From the NCBI GenBank assembly GCA_043813075.1, contig JBDRLL010000022.1:1-55408 (forward strand): 55,408 nucleotides of DNA, given 5' to 3'. Below the pieces are notes generated by a model. It worked only from the letters and a program-made list of their open reading frames with translations. It made no database searches and was not told where the DNA came from. The translations under genes and the position numbers were made by a program. Numbering within the stretch: position 1 is the stretch's first letter; every line of letters begins with the position of its first letter. The DNA is from Candidatus Altiarchaeota archaeon. Lineage in GTDB: Archaea > Altiarchaeota > Altiarchaeia > IMC4 > SCGC-AAA252-I15. Positions 8,988-19,321 of the stretch are shown here, piece by piece.

Positions 8988-10220
8988 TCACCTCTTCTGG
9001 AGTATCAGGAATACGACTGACAGTATTATTATGCTTATCAGTAGGAGCACTATTATGGTCGTTGGCTTTGATGTGTCCCCTTTCTCGGTGGCCGTCTTGG
9101 AGGTCAGGTCAACGTAGTTGGATGTTGAATTGTACGTCCTGCCTTCATCGTCCTGGTACATGACGTATGCTCCAGAGGATATGAAGTCGGTCCCGTTCGA
9201 TTTTATGCCGTATTCAATGGTCCTATTCTCATATGCAGGTATCACGTCAAATGTGAATACTGTTGACCCGTTAGTGGAGTAGATGTTCCCAAAGAGGTAG
9301 TCTTTAACTCGTACATTGTGGGCGTCAGTCTCCCCCAAATTCACCAATAGTATGGTTATTCTGGTTTCCCGGTCTATGTATACGTCAGGTGATGATGCTT
9401 CTTTTATAACCCTTATCTTCGGCTCTTTCGGGCGGACGTAAACGTTTATCGGATCTATTATGTTGGTGTAGTTGTTGCCGTACTCATCGTAGTATTCAAT
9501 CCTCACCACCCCACTTTTTATTATCCCCGCCTTGGAGGGCTTTAGGGTGTATTGATTGCGGTAGACGTTTCGTATGGCAAGCAGGTCTACGGTGAAGTTC
9601 ACTTCACCCTCGGTTATGACCGGGTCTATGGGATCGTCGAACACTGTAACATTGACTGCGTTAAGTATCCCGACGTTCGTGATTACCACAGAAAAATTAA
9701 GGGCATCACCTATTGACGGCGGTATTGGAGAGTACGTCTTCTCCCCTATGACGCGAGGGAGGCAGTCCACGTACTTGAGATCAAGTATAACATCATCCAG
9801 GATCACGTCATAATAGTTGCTTGTTATACCCCCCTTCCTATTGCTCCTGAATGCTAGAGTGTTTTCTCCAGGTCTTAATGCATTTGGAGGTACCTTTACC
9901 ACGCACTTGTCCCAGGTGTAGCTCCTAATGTTCTTGCAGAAACGTGAGATTTCCTTGCCGTTTATAAGAACACTGTTCTCGCCACCAGACCTATATGTCT
10001 TAAACGACAGGTTAGCGTATTCGACATTGGCTTTAAGGCTGAAGTTCAGCTCGTATAGGACTGGATTGCTCCATATAAGATGGTCGAACTTTCCGTCAGT
10101 GTCGTCCCCAAGTTTCACCATCTGGGAGTAGTATTTTGTTAGGCGGCACTTGTCTTCGACTGCCGACGAGTTAAGGCATGCTGTTAGTAGTATGAGTAGC
10201 GTAAGGCATGTTCGCTTCAC
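8988..10220 (-). CDS. Surface protein with two Ig-like (DUF11/BatD/S-layer type) domains and C-terminal TM
   Basis: Signal peptide; repeated K...V.I.N.G...A.NV.V.D motif; C-terminal hydrophobic helix followed by KR. Confidence 0.7.
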   Translation of the reverse strand: MKRTCLTLLILLTACLNSSAVEDKCRLTKYYSQMVKLGDDTDGKFDHLIWSNPVLYELNFSLKANVEYANLSFKTYRSGGENSVLINGKEISRFCKNIRSYTWDKCVVKVPPNALRPGENTLAFRSNRKGGITSNYYDVILDDVILDLKYVDCLPRVIGEKTYSPIPPSIGDALNFSVVITNVGILNAVNVTVFDDPIDPVITEGEVNFTVDLLAIRNVYRNQYTLKPSKAGIIKSGVVRIEYYDEYGNNYTNIIDPINVYVRPKEPKIRVIKEASSPDVYIDRETRITILLVNLGETDAHNVRVKDYLFGNIYSTNGSTVFTFDVIPAYENRTIEYGIKSNGTDFISSGAYVMYQDDEGRTYNSTSNYVDLTSKTATEKGDTSKPTTIIVLLLISIIILSVVFLILQKR

Positions 10221-10239
10221 TGTCCAACACCTTTGGGTA

Positions 10240-10872
10240 TCATGTTTTTAAGTATTCACATATCTCCTCAAATAAATCCATTATCGGCTTGGTAGCGTCC
10301 AGGATTATGAGGTTTCTCTCTTCCGAGTAGTATGTGACTAGGGGTTCGGTGCTTGAATGGTAGACCCTCAGCCTGTTCCGTATTACCTGTTCAGTGTCAT
10401 CATCCCGCTGGACGAGTCCAGAACCGCATGAATCGCATAAACCGGTTCTGGCTGGAGGCTTGCCCACCAGATGGTATGTGGCGCCGCAGTTAACACATAC
10501 CCTGCGTTTTGAAAGACGTTCTATGAGGACACGGTCATCTATCCTAAAGTCGAATACGCAGTCTATGGAGCGTATCTCCTCTAGAGACTTGGCTTGCTCA
10601 AGATTGCGTGGGAAACCGTCGAGCACGAAGCCTTTGTTGCAGTCCCTGAGCCTTAGGCGGTCCTCGACTATAGCGTCAATGACTTCATCTGGGACAAGCT
10701 CCCCCCGCCCCATGTATGATTGTGCCGACATGCCCAGTTCGGTCCTGTTGTCTATAGCATGCCGGAGTATGTTCCCAGTGGACACGTGCGGTATCGAATA
10801 CCTTTCGGATATCATCTCGGCCTGCGTTCCTTTTCCGCAACCGGGAGGGCCTAGTAGAACTACGTTCATCAC
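10240..10872 (-). CDS. adk: Adenylate kinase, bacterial-type with Zn lid
   Basis: GPPGCGKGTQ, LDGFPR, CVNC...CDSC lid, QRDDD. Confidence 0.95.
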   Translation of the reverse strand: MMNVVLLGPPGCGKGTQAEMISERYSIPHVSTGNILRHAIDNRTELGMSAQSYMGRGELVPDEVIDAIVEDRLRLRDCNKGFVLDGFPRNLEQAKSLEEIRSIDCVFDFRIDDRVLIERLSKRRVCVNCGATYHLVGKPPARTGLCDSCGSGLVQRDDDTEQVIRNRLRVYHSSTEPLVTYYSEERNLIILDATKPIMDLFEEICEYLKT

Positions 10873-10876
10873 GAAA

Positions 10877-11371
10877 TCATTTGTTTAATTCGCTGAGCGT
10901 GAATAATGTGTCGCTGGGCTTCATGCCGTATTCTTCAGACAGTGACATCACAACCTCGATGTATTTTTCAAGCTCGCTTAGGGAATAGTCGCTCCCACCG
11001 CCTTTCTCACTCCCACTGAGTCCATAGTTCCTCTGGAGGAGATTCCAGACTTCATGATTTAACTCGACATACTTGTAGGGGTTGTTGAACATGAGTATTG
11101 TGGATGCGACAGTCATGCCGACGCCATTGAGCTTCTTCAATAGTTTTATCTTCTGCTCCAGAGAACCGGCGTTAAACGCCTTTGCGGTCATATTCACAGA
11201 CCCCTGATTCGTGTGGTGGGGAACCTTCCGGTACCTCATTATCTCATTTAACTCATCGTCTGTGAAATAGCTCTTTCCCTGAAGACGCATTATGAGGGAT
11301 TCACGGTCCAGATAGGCCTTATTATGCCTTAACTTAGACAACATACGGTACAAGTTAACCATGACTACCAC
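10877..11371 (-). CDS. Hypothetical protein with a helix-hairpin-helix motif
   Basis: LKKLNGVGMTVASTIL resembles an HhH; no clear catalytic Asp after it (YVELNH). Confidence 0.55.
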   Translation of the reverse strand: MVVMVNLYRMLSKLRHNKAYLDRESLIMRLQGKSYFTDDELNEIMRYRKVPHHTNQGSVNMTAKAFNAGSLEQKIKLLKKLNGVGMTVASTILMFNNPYKYVELNHEVWNLLQRNYGLSGSEKGGGSDYSLSELEKYIEVVMSLSEEYGMKPSDTLFTLSELNK

Positions 11372-11411
11372 CTGTTAATGATTCAATAAAGAGGAATAAA
11401 AACACCATACT

Positions 11412-12890
11412 TCAGTTATTAGCCCCCATGACTGTAACACTGATATCCTCAAAATCTTGTCTTGACATTATTTTAAAGCCTTCCGGAATGTTTTTTGAGT
11501 CATAATAACCCTCAAAAATGACGACATAATATGGTTCGATAGGATCATTTTCACACACATTCCCAACAGATATGGACTGGACGTCCCACCCTTTATTAAC
11601 AGCCCAGAACCATTTAAAAGCATTCTCAGGCATCTGATCCCACGCACACAACAATGACACATGCTTTTTCTCAGTTATCAATGATGATATAAACTCGTGC
11701 ATCTCGTAATATGATTCCCTACCCTCGTAGTTAACCCTAAGCAGCCCATTATATCCACCATAAATCATGTATGCACCATGAAGCATTGAAAAAAAGGCCA
11801 GGAATACGAGTAGGATGGACGTATTGCGTAAACCCTCATTCCTATGGAATATTAACCTTGAAGTTTGAAGGCCAGCGAGGAGGTACAATGCAGGAACAGC
11901 GGTTATTATGAATCGTGATTCGTTCTGGAGTTTCAGCACCATTGAGATAAAAACGACTAGAACATAAGATGTGAGGAAGAACGTTTGCTGATTGTGTAGA
12001 ACTTTCAATGACACGAGAAGGCTAAATATGAGGATAAAGAACACTACAGGTGAGGGAGAGTATTCAGTGTATAAGGCTTTTGGGTAATAGAAGATGTTTT
12101 TTGCGCTAAACATGGTTGTCCTTACCGGTTGCGTGGTTAAAAACCTGTAAAAACCGTCCCAGTATACGAAAACCCACAAGACACATAAAACCATTGGGAT
12201 AAGCAGGCAGGCAAGTTGTCGCCGCCACAATGAGTTGTTATCATGGTCTTTCTTTAACGTTAGGTGAGAGAAATGGGATATCATGAGAGCAGCTATGATG
12301 AAAATCCCGTAATTATACTTAGTTAGGAAAGTAAGGACGGTGAAAAACCCAGTTGATAGATACCAGAATAATGCTCTAGTGCGCAATGCATTGAAGTATA
12401 ATGCGAATGCGCACAGAGACATGAAGATGCCGGTAGATTCGATCATACATAGTGCCGAAGATAGAAGTATCCCCTTAGACGTAAGCATCAAAAGGCATGA
12501 CATTAGACCGATAAACCAGCCCCTATCCACATCCATAGAAAGACCTATAGCAAACAATAATGGCACTGAAAGCCCGAACATCAACAGACTTTGCAGTCTT
12601 GAAGTGAACAGGTCGGGCCCGTTAATCAGATAAAGAAAACTTAGTAGCCATGAGTGTATGAAGGGGTATAATCGGCCTCCTGAATCAATGGTTGCTGATA
12701 TGAAGTCTCCCAGACTACCATGCTTAATTGACTGGTATAGCCTAAGGCCTGCAACCGCCTTTTCAGCCTCATCGTTGTCGAAAGGTATCCTTAATGAGGT
12801 TATGTTTGAGTATATGAAGCAGCAGGATGCGGCAGTGAGAGATAATATGAGTAATAGAGAGACGATAATTTTTTTTGAGTAACCCTTCAT
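11412..12890 (-). CDS. GT-C fold glycosyltransferase (ArnT/PMT-like, family 39/83)
   Basis: Multiple TMs, DEA after TM1, YPF, SRL, LTKYNY, ESRF. Confidence 0.8.
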   Translation of the reverse strand: MKGYSKKIIVSLLLILSLTAASCCFIYSNITSLRIPFDNDEAEKAVAGLRLYQSIKHGSLGDFISATIDSGGRLYPFIHSWLLSFLYLINGPDLFTSRLQSLLMFGLSVPLLFAIGLSMDVDRGWFIGLMSCLLMLTSKGILLSSALCMIESTGIFMSLCAFALYFNALRTRALFWYLSTGFFTVLTFLTKYNYGIFIIAALMISHFSHLTLKKDHDNNSLWRRQLACLLIPMVLCVLWVFVYWDGFYRFLTTQPVRTTMFSAKNIFYYPKALYTEYSPSPVVFFILIFSLLVSLKVLHNQQTFFLTSYVLVVFISMVLKLQNESRFIITAVPALYLLAGLQTSRLIFHRNEGLRNTSILLVFLAFFSMLHGAYMIYGGYNGLLRVNYEGRESYYEMHEFISSLITEKKHVSLLCAWDQMPENAFKWFWAVNKGWDVQSISVGNVCENDPIEPYYVVIFEGYYDSKNIPEGFKIMSRQDFEDISVTVMGANN

Positions 12891-12919
12891 GCAAGAATAT
12901 TCGTTTATGTATAATATAT

Positions 12920-13666
12920 TTACCGGTACATTGGTAGGTTGCTCATGTCCTTGAGCTCTTCATGGCCTTCATGCGCAGTCTTGAATTGCTCCATAAGGTT
13001 CTTAACCTGGCCTTCAATGTCCTTGCCCGTGTCTTCAAGGCCTTTTATGTCTATCTCCAGGCCGAGTATCTTGTTGAGTATCTTGAGTATGCTGGAGGCT
13101 GCGAGAACGTCGGGTATGTATCGGGTCTCCACCATCAGGGCTATTGTTGAGAAACCGTTGTCCATGCAGCGGAGCATGAGGCTGCTGGACATACCAGTCA
13201 GGACACCCTCATCGAGCATCTTGACTTCAGCTTCACCAAGATTCTTTAATGATTCCTCGCCGCATGCCACACCGAATATCTCATGGTCTTTCTCTGTGTT
13301 TATGCCCATTATGTTAGCGAGGAGTATTATCTTGCTGGGTTTGACCTCCTTGATCCATTCTGAAATGTCCTCAGAGAAGTCGTGTATCATTTCCAGGGGG
13401 ATCATTATCTCCGAGAATATAAGGACTAGATTATCCTTCTGGTAGATGCGTATGGGCCGCATTGGCTTCTTGTCATGCACCACAGTCACTGCCTCCAGAT
13501 CGTTCGAATGTATGTAGCCCACATACTCCATGCCAAGTTTTTTTATCATATAGCTGCCGGCTATGGTGCTTACGTATCCCTTGCTCGGAAACGCCTCAAT
13601 AATCACAGGGTTTTTAGGTATTCTTTTCCCTTCCATCAGCTCTACTTTCGCACCCATTTCCTTCAA
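12920..13666 (-). CDS. Proteasome assembly chaperone (PAC2) family protein
   Basis: IIEAFPSKGYVSTIA, PIRIY, GVLTG, PD..AA motifs. Confidence 0.85.
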   Translation of the reverse strand: MKEMGAKVELMEGKRIPKNPVIIEAFPSKGYVSTIAGSYMIKKLGMEYVGYIHSNDLEAVTVVHDKKPMRPIRIYQKDNLVLIFSEIMIPLEMIHDFSEDISEWIKEVKPSKIILLANIMGINTEKDHEIFGVACGEESLKNLGEAEVKMLDEGVLTGMSSSLMLRCMDNGFSTIALMVETRYIPDVLAASSILKILNKILGLEIDIKGLEDTGKDIEGQVKNLMEQFKTAHEGHEELKDMSNLPMYR

Positions 13667-13691
13667 TCATTAATAGGGAAAATATATAAAG

Positions 13692-14645
13692 TCATTGAAA
13701 ATGGTTGAAGCCGCCTTTCAAAACTTTTTTCCCGCCGCCGTTGACAATCATCACGCCCTCGCCTTCATCGACTATTTCGCCGACAACCGTGAGGGGCACG
13801 CTGACATCAATTTTGCAGATAAGCCCCTTGGGGAGTGTGAACAGTAGCTCATAGTCTTCCCCGCCGTTCAACGCATAGTCGATTGGGTCGCCACCGCATT
13901 TGCCAGCATACTCACGCGTCTTGTCTGAGACGGGAATCTTGCTCTTGTAGACTAACGCGCCGACACCGCTGGCTGCGCATATGTGGTTGACTTCGCTGGC
14001 CAGCCCGTCACTAACGTCTATCATGGCATTGGCGTGTTCAGCTATCTTCCACGCCTCCTTGAGCCTGCATTTTGGCTCCGTGTGCTCTGCGTAATCGCCC
14101 TTGAAGCCGTGTAAGAGCATCTCCAGCCCTGCCTTTGACTTCCCAATGTCTCCGGTAACGCATATCACGTCTCCGACACGAGCCCCTGACCTTAGACGTA
14201 GGAGTCGCTTTCCGACCAGACCGATCATCGCCACATTTATCACAACGCAGCTGCCGTGGGTCGTGTCTCCGCCTACGATATTGAAACCGTATTCACCGCA
14301 CACCGAGTACATGCCGTCGTATAACTGTTCCACGAATTCCACTGAAGTGTCTTTAGTCAGAGTCAGTGATATGAGGGCGTACTTGGGCCTACCACCCATT
14401 GCCGCTATGTCTGAGACATTGGATTCCATTGCCTTAACGCCTATCTGGCGGGGAGTGGACCATCCTGTGTTGAAGTGGTCTCCCTCAACCATCATGTCTG
14501 TGGTAAAGAGCAGATAGTCGTCCTCAGTGTACTCTAACACAGCAGTATCGTCTCCAACGGACATAACAACGTTCTTATCATCCGCCTGCCGAGTCACCCT
14601 CCGTATCAGGGAGAATTCTCCGCCGATATCACTTATACTTGTCAT
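13692..14645 (-). CDS. thiL: Thiamine-monophosphate kinase
   Basis: GEFSLI, GDDTA, NVSDIAAMGG, GGDT, DVSDGL, GGEDYEL. Confidence 0.96.
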   Translation of the reverse strand: MTSISDIGGEFSLIRRVTRQADDKNVVMSVGDDTAVLEYTEDDYLLFTTDMMVEGDHFNTGWSTPRQIGVKAMESNVSDIAAMGGRPKYALISLTLTKDTSVEFVEQLYDGMYSVCGEYGFNIVGGDTTHGSCVVINVAMIGLVGKRLLRLRSGARVGDVICVTGDIGKSKAGLEMLLHGFKGDYAEHTEPKCRLKEAWKIAEHANAMIDVSDGLASEVNHICAASGVGALVYKSKIPVSDKTREYAGKCGGDPIDYALNGGEDYELLFTLPKGLICKIDVSVPLTVVGEIVDEGEGVMIVNGGGKKVLKGGFNHFQ

Positions 14646-15253
14646 AGGTACTTGTTGCTGAAATATTCTACTGAAGCTTTAACGTCAAACTTGCATACCG
14701 TCGCGCTTATCGCGCAAACCATGTCGGCTCCGGCGGCTATCACTGAATCAACGTTGGCCTCGTTTATACCGCCTATAGCCGCGACTGGTATGCTCACCTT
14801 TGACTTCACGTCCCGTATTAACTGGACTCCCGCGGGGAGTCCGGCGTCGGGCTTCGTGTTTGTCGCGAATATGGGGCTTACGCCGAGATAGTCAGCACCA
14901 TCCGCTTCCGCATCCAATGCCTCACGGACGTTGTGCACTGTGACCCCTATTATCATGTCCTTGCCGAGCACGTATCTCGCCTCCCGGAAGCTAAAGTCTT
15001 CCTGGCCTAAGTGGATTCCATCAGCACCTGCTTCCAGCGCGAGATCCAGGTTGTCGTTCACTATGAAGTAGGCCTTGTCACGGGTTAGGTCGCGTATCTT
15101 GGAGGCTATCCGGAGCATCTCCTCCATCTGCCTGTTTTTCTCACGGTACTGGACAACACAACACCCGCCGTCGACCGCCTCCCGTACCACATCCACGTCA
15201 GGCTTATGCGAGAGATTGCTGTCTGTTATGAAGTAGAAGCCGCGCAACTCCAT
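14642..15253 (-). CDS. thiE: Thiamine-phosphate synthase
   Basis: VQYREK, IVND, GIHLGQED, TNTKPD, AIGGI; ATGA overlap with thiL. Confidence 0.96.
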   Translation of the reverse strand: MELRGFYFITDSNLSHKPDVDVVREAVDGGCCVVQYREKNRQMEEMLRIASKIRDLTRDKAYFIVNDNLDLALEAGADGIHLGQEDFSFREARYVLGKDMIIGVTVHNVREALDAEADGADYLGVSPIFATNTKPDAGLPAGVQLIRDVKSKVSIPVAAIGGINEANVDSVIAAGADMVCAISATVCKFDVKASVEYFSNKYL

Positions 15254-15307
15254 TAGTATCTACTATGTGTGGATTTTATTAAACAAACAGATGCGTAAAA
15301 GAAGTAG

Positions 15308-15338
15308 GGTGGTGTGCGTTTTTAAGGCGCACACCACC
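15308..15338 (-). terminator. 11-bp perfect hairpin followed by a pyrimidine/U tract; probable terminator of the small upstream ORF
   Basis: GGTGGTGTGCG-9 nt-CGCACACCACC, then CTACTTCTTTT on the minus strand. Confidence 0.55.
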
Positions 15339-15368
15339 GGCGCATGGCTCTTTTTGTGGGTGGTAGCG

Positions 15369-15545
15369 TTATTTCCTAACTACTATGTGGTATCTGTCAT
15401 AAGGCTTGGCGTCTAAGAGAATCCTCTGAGTCGGATAGACGATCCTTGAGACTATGTGGAGCAGTAAAGCTAATAAGACAGGCGCTAAAGCCACCACCAG
15501 CAAGGCCATGGTCCTGCCGCCCTGTGCCATCCAACCAGCTTCCAT
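15369..15545 (-). CDS. Small (58 aa) single-TM membrane protein
   Basis: GGGGGTGA SD 5 nt before the ATG at 15545, TTTTATA box upstream, terminator-like hairpin downstream, one hydrophobic helix. Confidence 0.6.
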   Translation of the reverse strand: MEAGWMAQGGRTMALLVVALAPVLLALLLHIVSRIVYPTQRILLDAKPYDRYHIVVRK

Positions 15546-15644
15546 TAGACTCACCCCCCAGATGTTCACAAACTTCTATTAGATGACCCTATAAAAGAGC
15601 TTAAGGTAAAAACAGGGATACGTCAGGGTTAAAATAGGGTTAAA

Positions 15645-16451
15645 TCAGATTCTAATGATTTTGGACATTGTTTCAACATGTTTTCTAGACAGGTTGTGGA
15701 CTTCATCGTAGAAACGAATCTTGTAGGTTCCAGGACCGCTCGAACCCTCAGCAGCCATCTCTCCTGCAACACCATAGCAGGCCATCGCACACGCAGAAGC
15801 AAGCCCATAATCAGACTCGACCGCGGCAAAGCAGCCGATAACAGAGGCTGCCATACAGCCAGTACCCACTATCGAGGCCATCATCTCATGCCCGTTGCAG
15901 ATGGAGTAAGTGTTTTTGCCGTCACTAACGATGTCTTCTTTCCCAGTCATCACCACAACAGCCTTCTCAGATAATGCAAGTGATTTTGAGAGTTCAAAAG
16001 GGTCTCCCTTGAGTCCAGCAGCCTCTACACCACGCACTTCGGCTTCAGCACCAGCCAAGACGCCTATCTCGCTGGAATTGCCCTTGATTATGTCCACGTG
16101 AACCTCCTTCAGAATCCGTAATGCACTTTCTGTCCGCATGTCTGTTGCGCCGACGCCGACAGCGTCAAGCACCACTGGAATCCCCTTCTTGTTTGCCGCC
16201 TTCCCAGCCAGTATCATCGAGTCGATAAGCCCTGTCGTAAGAGTCCCTATGTTCAACACCAGGGCATTTGCTATCCCAGACATCTGCTCCACCTCCTCTG
16301 GAGCGTGAGCCATGACTGGAAGCCCCCCGAATGCCCGCACAATGTTCGCGCAGTCGTAGATTGTCACCCAGTTCGTGATGTGATGCACTAACGGCTTTTG
16401 CTGCCTTACCTTACCCAGTAATTCGGAAGGCTTAGAGTTCAAGTCAGACAT
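15645..16451 (-). CDS. thiM: Hydroxyethylthiazole kinase
   Basis: [30 protein letters not shown]; start set at MSDLNS. Confidence 0.95.
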   Translation of the reverse strand: MSDLNSKPSELLGKVRQQKPLVHHITNWVTIYDCANIVRAFGGLPVMAHAPEEVEQMSGIANALVLNIGTLTTGLIDSMILAGKAANKKGIPVVLDAVGVGATDMRTESALRILKEVHVDIIKGNSSEIGVLAGAEAEVRGVEAAGLKGDPFELSKSLALSEKAVVVMTGKEDIVSDGKNTYSICNGHEMMASIVGTGCMAASVIGCFAAVESDYGLASACAMACYGVAGEMAAEGSSGPGTYKIRFYDEVHNLSRKHVETMSKIIRI

Positions 16452-16485
16452 GGAAGAGATATTATGAAAGACATCATATAAAAGG

Positions 16486-17964
16486 CTACCTGAATCCTTC
16501 ATTCCTTATCCTATCCCTTGGAAAGCCTTGGGCGATCATCTGACCCTCAATCGCCTTACAGCTCGATGACTTCTGGTCGTGCTCGGTATTGCATTCCGTC
16601 AAGTGGACTACGCCAGACTCGTCCCTGCCAAACAAGCAGAAGCCAAAATGAGAGAGTGAAGTGCTGACTGAAGCGAGAGTTCCTCCGGTTAGCACGCAAA
16701 CCCTGCCCTTTTGGATGAGTAAAGCCCCGCCATCGCCGAGATCATCAATACTCTCGACAATCTCCCATGGAGGCTTCGAGGCAACATGACCGACAGAACC
16801 AGACGGCATCGAGAGAGTAACCCCAGACAGGACCACTTGACTGAGGTTTAGGCCATCCAGTCCAGGATTCTGGTTTGCCTCAAACTGCACCTGGGAGTTG
16901 GGAAACCCAAGGTCATACGCGTATTCAGCCGCTAATTCAAGCATTGCTTCAGCAGCATCCTGACCGAATCTTTGAACAATGTTTTGCGTGTCAAAGCGTA
17001 GTGTCGTTGTCTGGCTTCTCCTAGGCCTTGATATAAGCCCGTTAACATAGTAGCCCCTATCTTCCCCCTGAACATTAGCAGCCTCCAGCAGGCCCTGATG
17101 GCCTTCTGAGGCAGGACCTAACACGCAGAGGCCTGTCAGAGGGTTGATGCAGAATGCGGCTGGTGGCTGCTGGGAAGTGTTGATGTTCGCAGAGGGTGTT
17201 TGGGCGTAGCGCCGGTATTCATCTATGTGTTCGGGATGCTGGAAAAGAAGCGGGAGGATGGTATTCCTGATGGAGTGTTCTCGGGAGAGTATTCTGGCCA
17301 GCTGCCCTGGCATCTCGGATGATATGAATCGAAGCGTGTCTGCTACCTGACGCACATCAGTGTTTTCAGGGATGCATCTTATGGAGTCACGCAAAAGGCC
17401 AACCCTGCCAGGGTTTGAAGCTAGGTGAGAGATGAATTCAGAAGGGTGTTCATAAGACAGTATCACGTTGTTCAGTGTCCTAAGTCCTTCATCGTTGAAA
17501 CGGGCGCCACCGCCCTGCTGGATGACACTCCTTAGGAACCTCCATGCGGTGTCAGGATCTGAGGTCGCTAATGGCTGCCTGCCGGACTCATCCAGCTGGC
17601 CGGTGTAGAGCATATTGCTGCCGCGGCGGTAGTTCCTCCCGTCAAAGAGGGAGAGCATCTCGTCGACCATGCAGTTCGAGTGAAAAGATGTGGGACCCTC
17701 ACGCAGTATCTCGGATATGTCGCCCATGACCGCCTGCGGGTCTGAGAAGCCTATGCCTTCAACCCTCGGAGACACCCTCTCAAGGAACAATTCATCCCCA
17801 CGGTCTGATGAATGCCGTGTAATAGCCTTGCGAGACCCGTGGGTGCGGGCTGACGCAAACCGTCTCACACCCCCAAGCTTCTCGGCCTGATGCTGTCTGA
17901 GTTCGTTAGGGTCTTGCCTGGGCTTCCTGCGTCTGCCGCCGGATTTGTCCTCGTCGATTGGCAT
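16486..17964 (-). CDS. Orphan hypothetical protein, Arg-rich/Lys-poor, charged N-terminal extension
   Basis: 492-aa ORF exactly filling the pscS-thiM gap; no family recognised with confidence. Confidence 0.75.
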   Translation of the reverse strand: MPIDEDKSGGRRRKPRQDPNELRQHQAEKLGGVRRFASARTHGSRKAITRHSSDRGDELFLERVSPRVEGIGFSDPQAVMGDISEILREGPTSFHSNCMVDEMLSLFDGRNYRRGSNMLYTGQLDESGRQPLATSDPDTAWRFLRSVIQQGGGARFNDEGLRTLNNVILSYEHPSEFISHLASNPGRVGLLRDSIRCIPENTDVRQVADTLRFISSEMPGQLARILSREHSIRNTILPLLFQHPEHIDEYRRYAQTPSANINTSQQPPAAFCINPLTGLCVLGPASEGHQGLLEAANVQGEDRGYYVNGLISRPRRSQTTTLRFDTQNIVQRFGQDAAEAMLELAAEYAYDLGFPNSQVQFEANQNPGLDGLNLSQVVLSGVTLSMPSGSVGHVASKPPWEIVESIDDLGDGGALLIQKGRVCVLTGGTLASVSTSLSHFGFCLFGRDESGVVHLTECNTEHDQKSSSCKAIEGQMIAQGFPRDRIRNEGFR

Positions 17965-17979
17965 GTAAGAAATAGGGGA

Positions 17980-19116
17980 TTACGAGTATTTATCGACAAT
18001 GTCTTTGAATGCCTCAGCGACGTGTTCTATCTGCTCGCGAGTCTTACCGTATGTGGAGAGCTTGAAATTCTTGGTCAGCCCTGCTTTTATGCCTATAACC
18101 CCCCTCTCCTTAAGCTCTTGGTATAGGTAGAATCTCTTCTTCTTGTGGGTCTCCGATATCCTGTAGAGTATCTCAGACTCGAAGAAGTTCAGGTCATGGT
18201 TGGTTGGCTTCTCGCCGACCTGGATTATCCCCAGGGAATCCAGTTGATCCACAAACCACCTGGCATTCCTGAGTTCATCATCCCAGTGCTTAACACGCTC
18301 CCTGACTTTGGGAAAACTAGCCATCAACGCGACAGTGGATGTGCCCCTGGCAGAGCATCCGAGTATCTCAAGAGTCTTGTTCTTGTATTTATCAGATACT
18401 TTGAACAGCCGCTCAGACCATTCTTCGTTCACCGAAAGCAATCCTATGTTACCTCCTCCAGCCGCCCAGCTCTTGTGGCCGCTGCATGCCAGGAAGTCTG
18501 CGCCAAGCTTCTTACCGTCAACAGGCATTCGTCCTGAAGAGTAGGCGGTGTTAAGCAGGAATGGGACATCGTATTCCCTGCATATCTTGCTGACTCTCGC
18601 AGCATCAACCATATTCCCATAGCTTCCGTCTGCGTGGGTGAGTATCGCCAGAGCAGGGCTTCCGCCAGTATCGGATTTAACCTCCTCAAACACTTTAGCG
18701 TAGTCTTCAGGGTTTATCCTGTATTCAGGGCTTCCACTGCCCGCAACCTCGTGTATACTAACTCCCGCTCTCTCGCAGGCCACATAGGTGGTGTAATGCT
18801 TGTTGCCGTCGATTACCACCGAGTCTCCAGGACTTGTTACCGCATGGATTACAGAATACTTAGCCTCCCTGCATCCGTTGGTTAGCATTGTTCGATGCAT
18901 TCCGAGGAATTCAGAGGCCTCTTCAAGGAACTTCCTGACAGGTGGCTTGTCTATCTCAAGCAGGCATCCACCACACCAATCGCAGACGCTGTATCCGTCC
19001 GCATAGGAGATGATGGCCTTCCTCGTCTCAGGATACGTGCGTCCCGCCGTCTGGAGGGGGTTAATGTTAATACAGTCCTCTTCACGGTCCCGCAACTCCA
19101 TTCCAGCGACATTCAT
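17980..19116 (-). CDS. pscS: O-phospho-L-seryl-tRNA:Cys-tRNA synthase (SepCysS)
   Basis: NINPLQTAG, DGYSVCDWC, GCREAK, HYTTY, ACSGHKSW, LGCSARG, GIKAGLTK. Confidence 0.95.
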   Translation of the reverse strand: MNVAGMELRDREEDCININPLQTAGRTYPETRKAIISYADGYSVCDWCGGCLLEIDKPPVRKFLEEASEFLGMHRTMLTNGCREAKYSVIHAVTSPGDSVVIDGNKHYTTYVACERAGVSIHEVAGSGSPEYRINPEDYAKVFEEVKSDTGGSPALAILTHADGSYGNMVDAARVSKICREYDVPFLLNTAYSSGRMPVDGKKLGADFLACSGHKSWAAGGGNIGLLSVNEEWSERLFKVSDKYKNKTLEILGCSARGTSTVALMASFPKVRERVKHWDDELRNARWFVDQLDSLGIIQVGEKPTNHDLNFFESEILYRISETHKKKRFYLYQELKERGVIGIKAGLTKNFKLSTYGKTREQIEHVAEAFKDIVDKYS

Positions 19117-19286
19117 TTCAACTTCTCAATCTTCTTCAACTCAGACATAATCCGATTCAACGATTCGGCTAGCTTCTTCTTCTGCACTTCACTGAGCTTG
19201 TGTCCTGGCGCAGTCTCCCTCAGCAGCTCCCTGATGTCCTCAAGCGCGAACTGTGCCCCGAATAACGCGTCAGACTCATCACTCAT
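19113..19286 (-). CDS. pscN: SepCysN-like small protein (stand-alone SepCysE N-terminal helical domain), 57 aa
   Basis: Not in ORF track. MSDESDALFGAQFALEDIRELLRETAPGHKLSEVQKKKLAESLNRIMSELKKIEKLK; the L...AP.H.L motif recalls SepCysE; ATGA overlap with the pscS start. Confidence 0.8.
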   Translation of the reverse strand: MSDESDALFGAQFALEDIRELLRETAPGHKLSEVQKKKLAESLNRIMSELKKIEKLK

Positions 19287-19321
19287 AGATGTATTTATTC
19301 ATATTCTACGCTATTTTAATG

